A DNA stretch of 64,000 bases, from the NCBI RefSeq assembly GCF_009914755.1, contig NC_060932.1. One strand, written 5' to 3'. The notes beneath the pieces were generated by a model. That model was not told where the DNA came from. It ran no database searches and was given only the letters and a program-made list of their open reading frames with translations. Numbering within the stretch: the stretch's first letter is position 1; the number at the start of each line of letters is the position of its first letter. Shown in pieces: positions 27,042 to 40,300 of this stretch. The translations under genes and the position numbers were made by a program. This stretch comes from the human T2T-CHM13v2.0 reference genome, Homo sapiens.

Positions 27042-27212
27042 AAAGTTACCAGATCAAATGCAAGATGCTCACTTAAATTTGAACTTCAGATAAATAATAA
27101 CATTTCTAGCATAAGCATGCCCTCCAATTTTACATGAGACACACTAAAAATTGTCTAAAATTAAAATTTACCTGGGTGTTCTGTATTTTTATTTGTGAAA
27201 TCTGGCAACCCT
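27042..27212. mobile_element. MER53 palindromic hAT-type MITE
   Basis: Inverted ends GTTACCAGAT...ATCTGGCAACCCT and internal arms TTAAATTTGAACTTCAGATAA / TTGTCTAAAATTAAAATTTA. Confidence 0.8.
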
Positions 27213-27398
27213 ATGCCAGCCACAACTCTCTTTCCAAGAGGTAATGTAGTTATGATCTGAGTGAATCACTTTCTTTCTTATACAATGAATTAAAGGTTAA
27301 CTTCCAAGGTATTCCACAGCAGATTTAACTATTCTTCTTTGGAAGCACCATGATTCCAGAAGCCATTGTGTTCACAGTCATCTCCTGATTTTGTTTTT

Positions 27399-27745
<347 letters not shown>

Positions 27746-28799
27746 TTATCAATTTATCAAAAACTTGTCTAGTTTAGACAGCTAAACCATATCAGTGAAA
27801 AACATAACCATAACCAGTATTTTCAATAAAGATTCTGGAATGTACTTGATGAAATTTGTTAATGTCCATCTTGTTGGTAAGCCTTAAGTGTTGGAAAGTA
27901 GCAAGCATGTACCATAATAAAAAATGCAATTTGAGAACATAGGAAAACATAAATTTAAAGTGACCTTGTAAATATATGCAATATTTTTTAAGTACCCAAG
28001 AAAAACGGTCAATTATATTTAATAACTATGGACATGATGAAGTTAACGTGCACAGTTTATTAAAAAAAAAAACTTGCTGGGTAACAAGCACAATCCTTTT
28101 AAATAAATGGCCTGTAAAAAAAACAATCCCTGGGGGACTTTGACATTTAGAGAGAATGCCAGGCCTGGCATTTGTTCCCTGTCATTTCCATGCATTAGAC
28201 AAAGCAATGAAGACAAACCAAATGGAAATAGGTTTTATTCAAAACGATCAATACAAACAAATTAAATAATCTCACCCAGTGGATAGCAGGCTTCAAATTT
28301 CATAAACAGGAAAATTTGCAAAAGAAATTTTAGGGAGCTAAATAGAATTGCCAGTTTTTCGTTTAGCTAAATGAGAAAATAAATTTTTTAAAGAAACAAA
28401 GCACCAACTATTATCGGTATTGTTGCATAAAAATAAGTTGCATGGACAATCTCAGAAGAGACAACTGTTTCTCAAGAAAGGACCAGCCTTTCACTGATAT
28501 TTTGCTATAGACTAAAACTGTGACAGCAACTAGCAGCAGAACATGGTCTAGTCTGATAACTGCTAGAGTATAAAGTCTTGGAAGAGATGAAACCTTTTGC
28601 TTTTCTTAAAAAGTAGTCTCCATTACCTGGCATTTGTTAAACCCAAAGTTAATTAAGATAAACAAAAGCCATTCTAGTCCCTGGAAATTATTCCAGTCTC
28701 GTATGTACCTATATATGCTGTCTACATTCCTTCTGATTCATTAAAAAAAATTTCTCAAGGCAATATATGTATATCATTTATATAATCAAAAATTACTAA

Positions 28800-29560
28800 A
28801 AGGTATGTAATACAAATAATCTTTTAACTTCACCTCTGATTCTTGCTGCTCAAAAGTCACCTCTTTCAATCTCTTTTTGGTTTTTCTATTTTCAATATGA
28901 TCTATTGACTTTCAACTGCAGAACTCTGGAAAGTGAACATTTATTTGGTTCTCTTAACACACACACCCATCCACACACACACACACACCCACACACACCC
29001 TGCCCGTCTCTTTCTTTCCACTCCCATATTAAAATCATACCACAGTCACAATTTGCAGTTTCATGAATTTTCAGTCCTCATATTATTGTGACTATATAGA
29101 CATTATTCATGGGGCAGAACACTAGGCTACGTTTCCATTTTTTGTAAGATTTTTGATTTCCCTGGAGTTAATCATCATCTTATTTTGTTGTTGTTTACTC
29201 AGTTTTCTACGAATCTATCTCTATGTCAACTTCACACCCTCCAGCAGGCATTCCTTCGGTGCCATGGTTGGAAGCATGTCTCTTGGCATCGTCTCTGCCC
29301 CCACTCCTCTAATCTGGCTGGTTTCTATCTCCGGCACAGCTGTTGTCCCAGGGTTTCCCTTTGCCATTGTCCTGGGGATTCCCTCTCCCCCTCTGCTCTA
29401 CTGGACACCATGTCTTCTCTTTCACTTCTTCAAGCAACTGAGAAAAAGTACATGAGAAAGTAGAGAGGGAAGAGACGCCCTGCTGTGAAACGTTTATACC
29501 TTTCACTGAATCCTGCTATTTTCAACGTGGGGATCTCCCCGTGGGCCTCGACTGAGCCTA
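28800..29560 (-). mobile_element. Old L1-related (HAL1/L1ME-like) fragment containing an imperfect CA tract at ~28958-28998
   Basis: Pyrimidine-rich segment GTCCCAGGGTTTCCCTTTGCCATTGTCCTGGGGATTCCCTC resembles antisense HAL1. Recognition is from memory only. Confidence 0.4.
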
Positions 29561-29630
29561 ATTTCCTAAGTCCAAAACCTCTGGATTAAACTTATCAGAG
29601 AGAAAGAACAGAAAATTGTAGGGCGGGCAG

Positions 29631-29929
29631 GGGGGCATGCTGGCTCATACCTGTAATCCCAACGATTTGGGAGGCCAAGGCAGGAGGATTGCTTGAGCCC
29701 AGCAGTTAAAGACCAACCTGGGAAACAAAACAAGACCCTATCTCTACAAAAAAATTAAAAAATGAGCTGCGCATGGTGGTGTGTGCCTGTGGCTCCTGCT
29801 ACTCTGGAAGCTGAGGACTTGGGAGGATTCCTTGAGCCCAGGAAGTGGAGGGTGCAGTGAGCAGTGATCGTGCCACTGCAGTCCAGACTGGATGAAAGAG
29901 TGAAACTTGTCTTAAAAAAAAAAAGAAAA
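29631..29929 (+). mobile_element. AluJ
   Basis: GGAGGATTGCTTGAGCCCAG and dimeric structure with A tail. Confidence 0.9.
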
Positions 29930-30493
29930 TGGTGGGAGGAAGGGTATGCGGCTATCAAAGCAGGGGAGGGCATTCAGAAGGTCGACTTACTAATTTTAGA
30001 GGCTTTAAAGGGCTGTCCTCGTTCGACTCACTGCCCTCAGAGGTAGCCAGTGGCCCCCAGTTCCTGGGCCTTCCCTGCGTTCTGTGGGGACAGATTGATC
30101 TATTTCTTTCTTTAGTATTTGGCATCCAGTTTTTTTCTGTGGAACTTAAATAGTGAACACGTCTATCTGGTTTCCATGTTTCAAAGTTTGCTGATGTTTT
30201 GAAAAATCCTCTCTCATTCTTTGGGTCCTTGAAGGTCTACGAATCCTACTGTCATTTTAGTGGAGTTTAGGTGGGTGTAAAGATAAAAGCACACTGTTAC
30301 CTTAAATTCTAATTTAAGAGTTAAGTTTTTTTGCTATATGTAAATACCACTTAATCACAGTCTAAGAGATCACAGCAGGGGGTGGATGGGGCACAGAAAA
30401 TCTCCTCAAAACACTGTCCAACCATAGTAAGAGTATTCCAAATGGCCTTTTTATTTTACCTGTTTTTAAGAAGATGTATTAAGAAAGAAGTGT

Positions 30494-30785
30494 GGCCAGA
30501 TGTGGTGTCTCATGTCTGTGATCCCAGCACTTTGGGAGGCTGAGGTGGGAGAAGCATCTGAGGTGGGGTGTTCAAGACCAGACTGGGCAACATTGTAAGT
30601 CCTCTGTCTCTACAAAAAAGTTAAAATATTAGCCTGGAGTGGTGACATGTGCCTAGTTACTCAGGAAGTGGAGGCATGAGGATTATATGAGGCCAGGATT
30701 TCAGGGCTACAGTGAGGTATGTTCTTACTACTGCACTCCAGCTTGGGTGACAAAGTGAGACCCTGTCTCCAATTTAAAAAAAAAA
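30494..30785 (+). mobile_element. AluJ (diverged)
   Basis: GGCCAGATGTGGTG start, dimeric, A tail. Confidence 0.9.
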
Positions 30786-32046
30786 GCAACAATAAAGAAA
30801 AGTGTCATCAATCTATATAAATCTGCTGGACCTTTTATCTGTCCCTCGGAGTGACAGTCAAGAGCTGCTTCTCTCAAAGTACTTTCTTGTATCTGTACGT
30901 CTAGTTAGGTAGGACCTCAACCCTTTAGATTTACTTATGCTGGGAGACCTTAGAAGAAAACTGTAATGAAAAAGCTCAATAAGGATTCGTTCCCTTGTCA
31001 TGAGCCACTGGGGCACCAGGATCTAGAGAAGGTCTTACTGCTTCCTGTAAACACCTTGGCCTGCCCCAGTGGATTTCTGAGTAGTAGAGCTGACGCTGAC
31101 ACCACTAAACTGCAGCTGAGTGCAAGAAGGAGATTAGACTGTTTGAGATAGCTTCGTAATCTTATTTATTTACTGGAATCAAACACACACTTGGCTCACC
31201 AGATTTGAATGTGGCAGTAACGAGTACACTAGTGTTTCCAGTGCCTTGGGGGGCATTTCATGTTGTAAAACTTAACTGCAGGCTACAAACAATGGCATGT
31301 CATAAGGGGAGTCAGGCTAGGACTAGAGCCTCAGCCAGCCCGTTCAGAAAAATTTTGATATTAAGCATTTCAAAGAATCTACCTAGAAAAACAAATTCCA
31401 CCGATATCAGGTGATCTACGTGTCCAAACAGGTACACTAAATGTACCATCGGAACATGGTACAGTGGATTTTAAAAAAAGAAATAAAATCTGCTTGAATG
31501 ATAGTTAAGGCAAAGCTTAAAAATCTTAATTAAAATTAATGTTAGAAGAGCAACTTCCATCATAAATTAATATCATAAATTAACAAGCAGGAAGCCATCT
31601 TGCACAGCTACTCTTGGTCTCTGCTTCACTATGGATGAGTAAATAAAAAATATTTTCCAAAAATCTCCTATTAGACTCTAAGCTGGACGCAATCCCTAAG
31701 CTCTAAGCCAGGCATGATCTAACAACAGGTTGCAGAATAGCTTGTCACCATACATATTCCCACACAGAAGCTCCTTATGGTCAACTTCAGGTTATCATGA
31801 TGCTACGAAACTCCCTGATCTTCGGCAGTGACTATCTTTAAAATGCAAATATATATATATTTTTTTCTCTTTCGACTCCTATCATTATTGCATAGAGTTT
31901 TCTTTTTCCTTTCCCTGGATTCTGAAAAGGATATTACACTAAGCTTGCCAGGAATGACAGCATGGACCAGCATTTTCTCTACAATGTTCAAATACTGCAT
32001 GGAAGTTCTCAAACACCTGCTTCAGTACACCTTCCCCAAAAGAATG

Positions 32047-32724
32047 TGTTCAAATACAGTCTACTCATAAATGGAGGGGAGCAAGAATGCAGTACGGCCT
32101 TGGGAGTTAGAGATGACACAACAGGAGTGGGACGCGGCTTCTCCTTCATGTATTTCTTTCTTCTTCTCTTCACAAAACCCACACCTCTACCACCTCACTG
32201 ATGCCATACCCGCTAACCCTGAGGACTTAGTCACACAAAGAAAAGAGCCATTCTCTCTGCTCTCATAATGTTTAAATATGTTTCACTTAGTCCAGAAACT
32301 GGCCTTAGGAGATTTAACAGGAAACCAAGATTGTGGAGTGTCCTATCCTGAGTAGGAAATGCCGAACAGTTGATTTACAGCCTTGTTGCTGCTGGCCAGA
32401 CCAGCGAGGAGCCCATCACTCGAGATAACTATTACAACCAGATATGCTGACCCGCATACCCTACCCCTCTTTTGTGCTTTGCCCAGCCAAGCCTGTATAC
32501 TTTAGCCTTGATAACAAAATCTGTGCTTTGCCTAATAAAAAAACACCTACCAGCTTCCCCCTGCTGCTTCCTGCAGAGCCAGTCAGAGGACCCTGTGCCT
32601 CACCTCCACTGTCTCCCTTGTGCTTGAGCACAAGCCCTGATTTGAAAGCCTCATCTGGGAAATCTGCTCGGCTCCATGTTAATTTCCATTACATGGGAAG
32701 CCAAAGAGCCTGCGGTCTGTAACA
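32047..32724 (+). mobile_element. Solo ERV-type LTR, family uncertain
   Basis: TG...CA-like ends (ends GGTCTGTAACA). AATAAA near 32534 is followed by a pyrimidine-rich U5-like segment. The 5' boundary is uncertain. Confidence 0.55.
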
Positions 32725-33066
32725 GAGACATCCAAACCAAACACATCACCTACACTTTACTCAAGTGAAAATGGGTAAATAGTGATCGTAAAGATCTGCT
32801 ATTAATTAAATTCAAGGGTCAAGAAATATCACTCTATCAGGAGCATAGTGTGCTCAACATTTACTCCTAAGTAATCATTTGAGCAATCTTAAAAAAGACA
32901 TTTATTTATATGAAAGTACCAGCAGGATTTGAGAAATTCACAGATACAGAGGAACTAGAGGAAGGAGGGAAATTAAGAGGTGGGCAGCAGGGGGTAGCTC
33001 TAACAAACCAACCCAGTAACAAAAACCATTGTCACTTTGCTAGCTTTCCTAACAAAAATAAAACCA

Positions 33067-33305
33067 GGTCAGCGCAGTGGCTCATGCCTTGAATGCCAGC
33101 ACTTTTGGAGGCCAAGGAGTTCAGATCACACGAGGCCAGGAATTAAAGACCAGCCTGGCCAACATGGCAAAAACCCATCTCTATTAAAAATAAAAAAAAA
33201 ATAGCTGGGTGTGGTGGTGCATGAGAATTGCCTGAACCCAGGAGGCAGAGGTTACAGTGAGCCCAGGTCAGGCCATTGCACTCTGGCCTAGAAGACAGAG
33301 CAATA
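33067..33305 (+). mobile_element. Alu with an internal deletion in the right arm and no tail
   Basis: Left arm complete. The right arm jumps from GGTGGTGCAT to GAGAATTGCCTGAACCC. Confidence 0.88.
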
Positions 33306-33499
33306 TTGTGTAAGGAGTGAAAGTGTTTATTTTGGGGCAAGTCTGACTCAAGTCATCAACTTAAGGGGAATAAACAGTTATCGATAATATGAAAATGATA
33401 CAGATAATGATAATCTGTAGAACTACGTCCCTGAAGAAGTCAGGTCTCTTTTTAAGATCTCCTTTGGCTAAGGATCACAGTAAAACATTAGAACATGTT

Positions 33500-33994
<495 letters not shown>

Positions 33995-34300
33995 TTAGAA
34001 CTAGTGCAGGAGGATGTTGATATTTTGATCTAATAGTTTAAGTTGTTTAAAAAAAATTCTCCTTGGGAGCTCATTAGACTGAGGTACCTCTGGCATTTTA
34101 AATTTTTACATGAACAAACCAAAGGCCAATGTAAACAGTAAATGGAAACTAGAAAATATACCAATCAGAAACCATCAACTTCTTTTAAAAAATTTATTTT
34201 TCTTTCTCTCTGCCTATCATTCTTTCCACCAACTAACTTCCAGCCAATCAAAACTGTTCTCTTCGCCTTGCTTCTGCAAATACTACATAAGAGTTTTCCC

Positions 34301-34595
<295 letters not shown>

Positions 34596-37067
34596 GTTTT
34601 CCTTCTTGCACCTCTCATCAGAGTGCCAGCCCCTTGTGGTTTGGTACAACCCTAATTTATGCATCCCTGAATGTTCAAACTCTTGAAAATGTATATATGC
34701 TTAAGTTTTTCTTTTAATAAAGTCTATTCAGCTAAAGGATGAATTTATGAGACATTTGCAATATATATAAGACATCTGCAAGAAAATTTTCATATTATGA
34801 CTAAGAATTTTCTCCATTTTAAAATAGGCAGATATCAATGTCCTGTTTGACCAGAATCTCCTTCCCAGGCTCTAGCCTTAGTCTAAAGAGCAAAAGTGGT
34901 CTAGGAAGAAATGACAACAATCTGCAAGCCTGCCACCAAAACTTCAGGTCGCAAAGGGCCATTGTAATGATTTCTTCAGGTTTCTTTGTGTATAGCTTTA
35001 ACTCACAGAGGAAGCAATGATTAGCAGTTATCTAACAATGCAAAGGAAACAGCAAGTGAAGCCTAAGCAGAATGGGGAGAATAGAGGTGATGGTGCCTTT
35101 CAACATTATTGCAACACGTTTTTAAAAAGCAATGGATTAGGCACTTAGCAGAGCAGAGGTTTGGAGCAAAGGACTTCCATTTTCCTTTAACACGTTTATG
35201 GTTAACATCTCCTAGTACAGGAAGAGGTTTATTCAGAATACATATAAAACTACCTTTGTTAAATCTAGCTCAGTCTTTAAGGTTCCTTCCACAGAGGAAA
35301 TAACCCCACCAACCTCGGCAAGATTTCTAAAATTAACAGTGTTCAGAACAAAGATATCATTTTGTCAAAACCCTGCATTTTAGGGATGAGTCTTGGGGAG
35401 GTGAAGTAACTTGTCTAGGTGAACATTGCTACTTAGAAAGCAAAACCAGGGTAGCCCGCCAGGATGCGGCATCCTGACTGAGAAACCAACAGGCCAATGT
35501 TTCACTATGCACCAACCAAAGTACCAGTACTTTACTGGAAGTTCTTGAAATTTCGGTGTCACAGAAATTGATTTCTTTGCTATATCACTGAATAAAAGCT
35601 TTAAACGGTTCACTTGAATCAACATTATTAACTAGAGAATTCTTGATCTAATCTCTAGCATCATGCTTATTCCTCAAAAAAGGCCTCAAGGATTCAGCCA
35701 CGCATGTTATATTAATCCACTCATGTGACATTCACCTACAACAACATAAAGAAACAACAGTTTGAGATTCCGCCTCATTTAAACGGTATCATGTAGTTTG
35801 GCAAGAGATGGGGAAGAAAAGAGTGTTTATCAACATGAACTTTTACAGATTTATGTTTTAAACCATAAGTTAAAAATTAGTACTAGAATAATTTATATTT
35901 GACAAATATTTAGACTCAGAGGAGGACTGTGGAAATGTCTGGGAGAACTGAGGCTTAAATCAACATTTTCTAATACTGCACATTCCAAATTCTGGAGTAC
36001 AGTTGGCCCTCCATATCCATGGGTTTTGAAACCCCAAGGGTACCCGAATACCCGGGGCTGATTGTATTCTACTTTTAGGAAATTGTTTCTAAATTAGAAA
36101 TCAATTAGAATCTAATTGATTCTAAAATGTTACTTCTGTCAAAGGCAGAGCAACCAGCTGGATCTGACAGCAGGAAGGTCTGCACTGCCCCCTCATGGCC
36201 AGAAGCCTTGCTAGTAACTCTTCCAATAACAGACACCCAATGAAGAGCTGAGCTCAGTCAGACTTCATTAATTTTAATAATGAATGCCGGTCTCCACGAA
36301 ACACATGTTCTTCCAAAACATATTCAGATTTGCATCCTGCCCATATTATGTGCTTCAGAGGTTGATACAAACATTATTATCGAGAAAAAGACAAAGCCAC
36401 ACTCTCTCTAGAGGAAATGGTAAGATTTAAACACAGAATAAAGAAAAAAAGTCAACACGGAGAAGGGGGTTTTAAAGAAAATAACATCTATAAGCTGAAT
36501 TTTAGTAGGTTAAATAATATTCTTCAGACGAGGTCAATATGAACCATAAAGTACTGGAAAATTCAATTTTCTTAATTTAAAATATTTAGACCAAGAAAAG
36601 CATTTAAGATATCTCACTAAAATTAAAAGCAAAACTTCTAATCCTTTCCACAGTCCTTTAACACTTTTTTTCAAATGAATATGAATAAATCAGAGAACAA
36701 GTGAGGACTACAGATAATTAATATTTGAATAAACCATTATGTATTTAATGGCCAAGAAAACAAGCTGGAAACATCAAAGATGAAAGTTTCAAAGAATACA
36801 AAACATGTAATTCCAACTCTGACAAGGAGAAGCAATTATTACACCTATTCTAGAAAGAGCCAGAGTTCTAGAAAGATAACATTAAATCCCAGGAGCGAAC
36901 CACGAGTTAATGGTATCTTATTTTTTACAGGTTGGGAAGATGACATGAGAGGGTGGAGAGAGGTGGCAATGGGGATCTTCTAATCATCAAATTAGACATC
37001 CTGCATTTTGGATGAAAGAGTCAGATAATCAAAAATGCTGTTTACATGATTAGCAAGAAGAAATACC

Positions 37068-37210
37068 AGCTGGGTGCAGTAGCTCGTGCCTATCATCCCA
37101 ATACTTTGGGAGGCAGAGGTGGAAGGACTGCTTGAGCCCAGGAGTTGGAGACCAACCTGGGCAACATACTGAGACATTGTTTCTGTTTCAAAAAAAAAAA
37201 AAAAAAAAAA
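37068..37210 (+). mobile_element. FLAM-type Alu monomer
   Basis: Single left-arm-like monomer followed by poly-A. Confidence 0.88.
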
Positions 37211-39516
37211 AGAAGAGGAGGAAGAAGAAACACTGATTTAAGGGCTAAAAAATACTACTAGATACAAGTAATATCAATGAAAATTCTGATTAAAATTGGA
37301 GGAAAACGTGTAACTGTGGATAAAAATGGGAGAAGTGATGCTTAAATCAACATTTTACACATGTCTATTATAGTATAATTAAGTTCAGTAATTTAGGGTA
37401 CAAGCCTGTCATATTATTCAGTTTATTTCATTTAGGGAATATAAATGGCTAGTCAATGATTAGGGTCACTCTGATAGAATATTCTATTCTACTGATTTTC
37501 TCTTAGCTCTGGTGTTCAATTTTAAGCCACTAGATAATCCTAAAAATATCTCTTGTGAGATATTGGGAGCTTGGCTATATCCTTGAACACATATTCTGTA
37601 ACTTAGGGACCACATATGCCTCAAAAAAATACTAATCATCTCTTAAAAACCGACTATAATCTTTAAGGTATCATGTGATGGCCTACTGACTACAGTTCTA
37701 CCAGTGGCCTTTTATACTGTTAACTCCTGCGGCGTTTGCAATATTCAAAAAAAAAAAAAAAAAGTGCTTGGCCTTCTCTTCCACAGATACATATCAAGTA
37801 AAAGTACCTGTACTGTGTGACAAACACAGAGGACAGTAGAGAATCTTTTCATGTGGTATCTATGCTGGATTCCAACATTACACTACACAACCATAATTCT
37901 GGGTGAACCCACTAATATTACAATGCCTAAATTATCATGAGGATAGGTAGTAGGACTACAACAGAGTTAAGGATGATGAGCTCTTAATTTCCCATAGCCT
38001 TTGACTGCATACCATGGGTATACTCCACATTAAAACATCCAAAACAAAATCCAGAGATGTCTCTTAGTGCTCTTATAGAAGCCAATTTTATAGCCATGTT
38101 GAGAATTACATACATGCTCACATACATTTATTTAAGAATATGATAAACCATTCTGGTCTATTTCAGCAGGAGACCGCAGTCCTGACACCACAGGTGGTCT
38201 CATAACACTTTCAGTAGAAGCCAACACATCCCTATACAGGTCACATTAAAGGACTTTGAAGACACGTTTCTCTCTAAAGATAAAGCTTTTTAAAAAAACA
38301 GTGAGGAGTAAAAAGCCAGATTTGAAGACTTACTGGAGCCAGGCAATTTGCTAATGACGGAGGGGGTCAGACTCCACTATGTCATAATGTAAGGGGGTGA
38401 ATAGGAAGCCAACATATTTCTTAAAGTCACACTAAGGTATTTTGCCACCTGTCCCCTGCCATATTTTGAGGGGAACCTGTTAATGCCAAAGTCTTTCAAT
38501 AATGTTATGTCACACAGGGATGGGGAGGTAGCAGAGGAGGAGGGCAGTGGGGAGTGGTGGGAGGGTGAAGAAAGCCTGATGTCACTCTCAGTGGGTCTGG
38601 ATATAACCCCGAGAAGGCTGAAATGACACTGAGATCCACCTCCTGACGCTCTCTCTGCACATTATCAAGCCCATGAATCTCCGTTATAATCATCTCCATC
38701 TCCAGACCTGGAGTTCTGTGATCCTATGATTCTATTATTCCATTTTTAAACCTGTGGAGTGGGAGTGTTTCTGAGTACCCTGCTCACACAGATGGTGGTG
38801 GGAAGAATCTCAAGAATATGTTGCATGTAGTAAATGCCCACTTCACTACGTAATCACTCCCTTCACATTTCACACGAACAAAGATTATATTATCTTCAAG
38901 ACAGCTGCAAAAACACGAGTGGTTTCATGGCAGCATAGCATCAGCACATATATGTGTAAGGAACATGAAAGAAGAAATTTCTCTTCATTACATATGCCTG
39001 GGGCTAACCACTCTAAACCTGACATGAATGTAGTATAATAGGACCAGGTCATACTTGTACATCAGCTCCACAGACTGGGGGCTGGGGGAAGACCAGGGGA
39101 GGAAAGGAAAAAGGAACTAACTGAAAGATAAAATCATACACAATATCTCTGTATTCCTGATGTTCTAAAAATACTCCGCACTGAAAAATCATTTGTCAAG
39201 GCAACCTTTCTGAGACCAAAAACAAGATCGATGTGCCAAACAACAGTTTCCCACAGTCATCTCATTTTGAGCACGGCTTTCGCCCATCTCTTCCACAAAC
39301 TGGCTCTTTACAAAACTGACCCATGCCACAGCATCTTTGTATCTGGAGTTCAGGTCCCATCCGTTTCACCTGATCGCACCTGATTCTCTTAGAACCATTT
39401 TATACTCCTCGTTACTTTCTCAGTCTATCACTGCACATTAGACACTGCCAAAGACTATCCAATTCTGTTGCCCTGCCACACAGCTGTCAATAAGGTTCAA
39501 TGTGGTATTTCTTTAC

Positions 39517-39675
39517 CTTGTTCTCCTTAGCAGAAAACTCTGAGGAGTTGGAAATTTTCATGGACTTTGACCTGTGAGACTGCCGCCGGATAGAATCCTC
39601 CCGGGAGTATTTCACGGAACCTGAGGTCCTCACCCGTACCTTGCTGGCACTCTGGACACTATTCACGCCAATCAT
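39517..39675 (-). CDS. PSD3: Alternative first coding exon of a short PSD3 isoform: 53 codons, MIGVNSVQSASKVRVRTSGSVKYSREDSIRRQSHRSKSMKISNSSEFSAKENK
   Basis: ATG has A at -3 and an in-frame TGA at 39685-39687 just upstream. Donor AAG|gtaaag after 159 nt is phase 0, matching the 44-nt exon. The sequence is non-repetitive with retained CpGs. The MIGVNS start resembles, as I recall it, the N-terminus of the short PSD isoform EFA6As. Confidence 0.85.
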
Positions 39676-39946
39676 TTTCGAAGGTCAACTAAGGAAGGGG
39701 TTTAGAGAAATAAAAAGGCACTTTCCAACCGTTCCAAGGCTCTCACGCTGGAGGAACTCTGCGGGGTTGTGCCTGAGCAGCTCCTGAGCGCCGTGATCCG
39801 CGTTAGCTTAAGAAGCACCAGGCTGCCTCCCCCAGCATCTTCAACTACCCTGTTTGCAGCGAGTCTGATTGTTCCAGGCACAGCTCACGTCACTGGCTGC
39901 AAAGAGGAAAAAAATGCAATCCACCCCTGCTACTCGTCTCTCTTTT

Positions 39947-39986
<40 letters not shown>

Positions 39987-40300
39987 CATCATATTCACAC
40001 ACTGGAACGAATGGCAATTGGCCAGGCAAGCAATTCATTAACATTCCAAAAAGCAACACTATTTCTCTTGTGATATTTGTGAAGTAAGCTCATTAATGTC
40101 AACAACCAAATAGAGATACCACAAATAAAAGTCTCAAGTAATCTCCAAGGCACCATGTGGGGTGGGAACGTAGCTGAATTTCCACAAGGAAGAAAAAAAA
40201 TATGGATGGACGTCAAAAGGCTCAATTAATTACAGGCTAGTGAAACGATGCGAGACACAAAGGCATCTCAATGATCAATAATTTTCCTTTCTTTCCCGTT
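39676..40300 (-). promoter_or_regulatory. PSD3: Putative internal promoter / 5' UTR of the short PSD3 isoform
   Basis: Transposon-free, with local CpG enrichment at 39730-39890, a CRE-like TGACGTGA (plus TCACGTCA, 39885-39892) and an adjacent (TG)18. The TSS cannot be placed from sequence. Confidence 0.55.
39948..39983 (+). repeat. (CA)18 microsatellite
   Basis: Perfect CA dinucleotide run of 36 bp. Confidence 0.97.

Noticed and set aside
29153-29506. Hydrophobic 100-aa ORF resembling a membrane protein
   Set aside because: It starts at TTG in pyrimidine-rich, probably antisense old L1/HAL1 sequence, with no recognisable homology or splice support.
39487-39516. C-terminal VKKYHIEPY of the 62-aa ORF
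   Set aside because: This is read-through past the GTAAAG donor into the intron; the exon ends at 39517.
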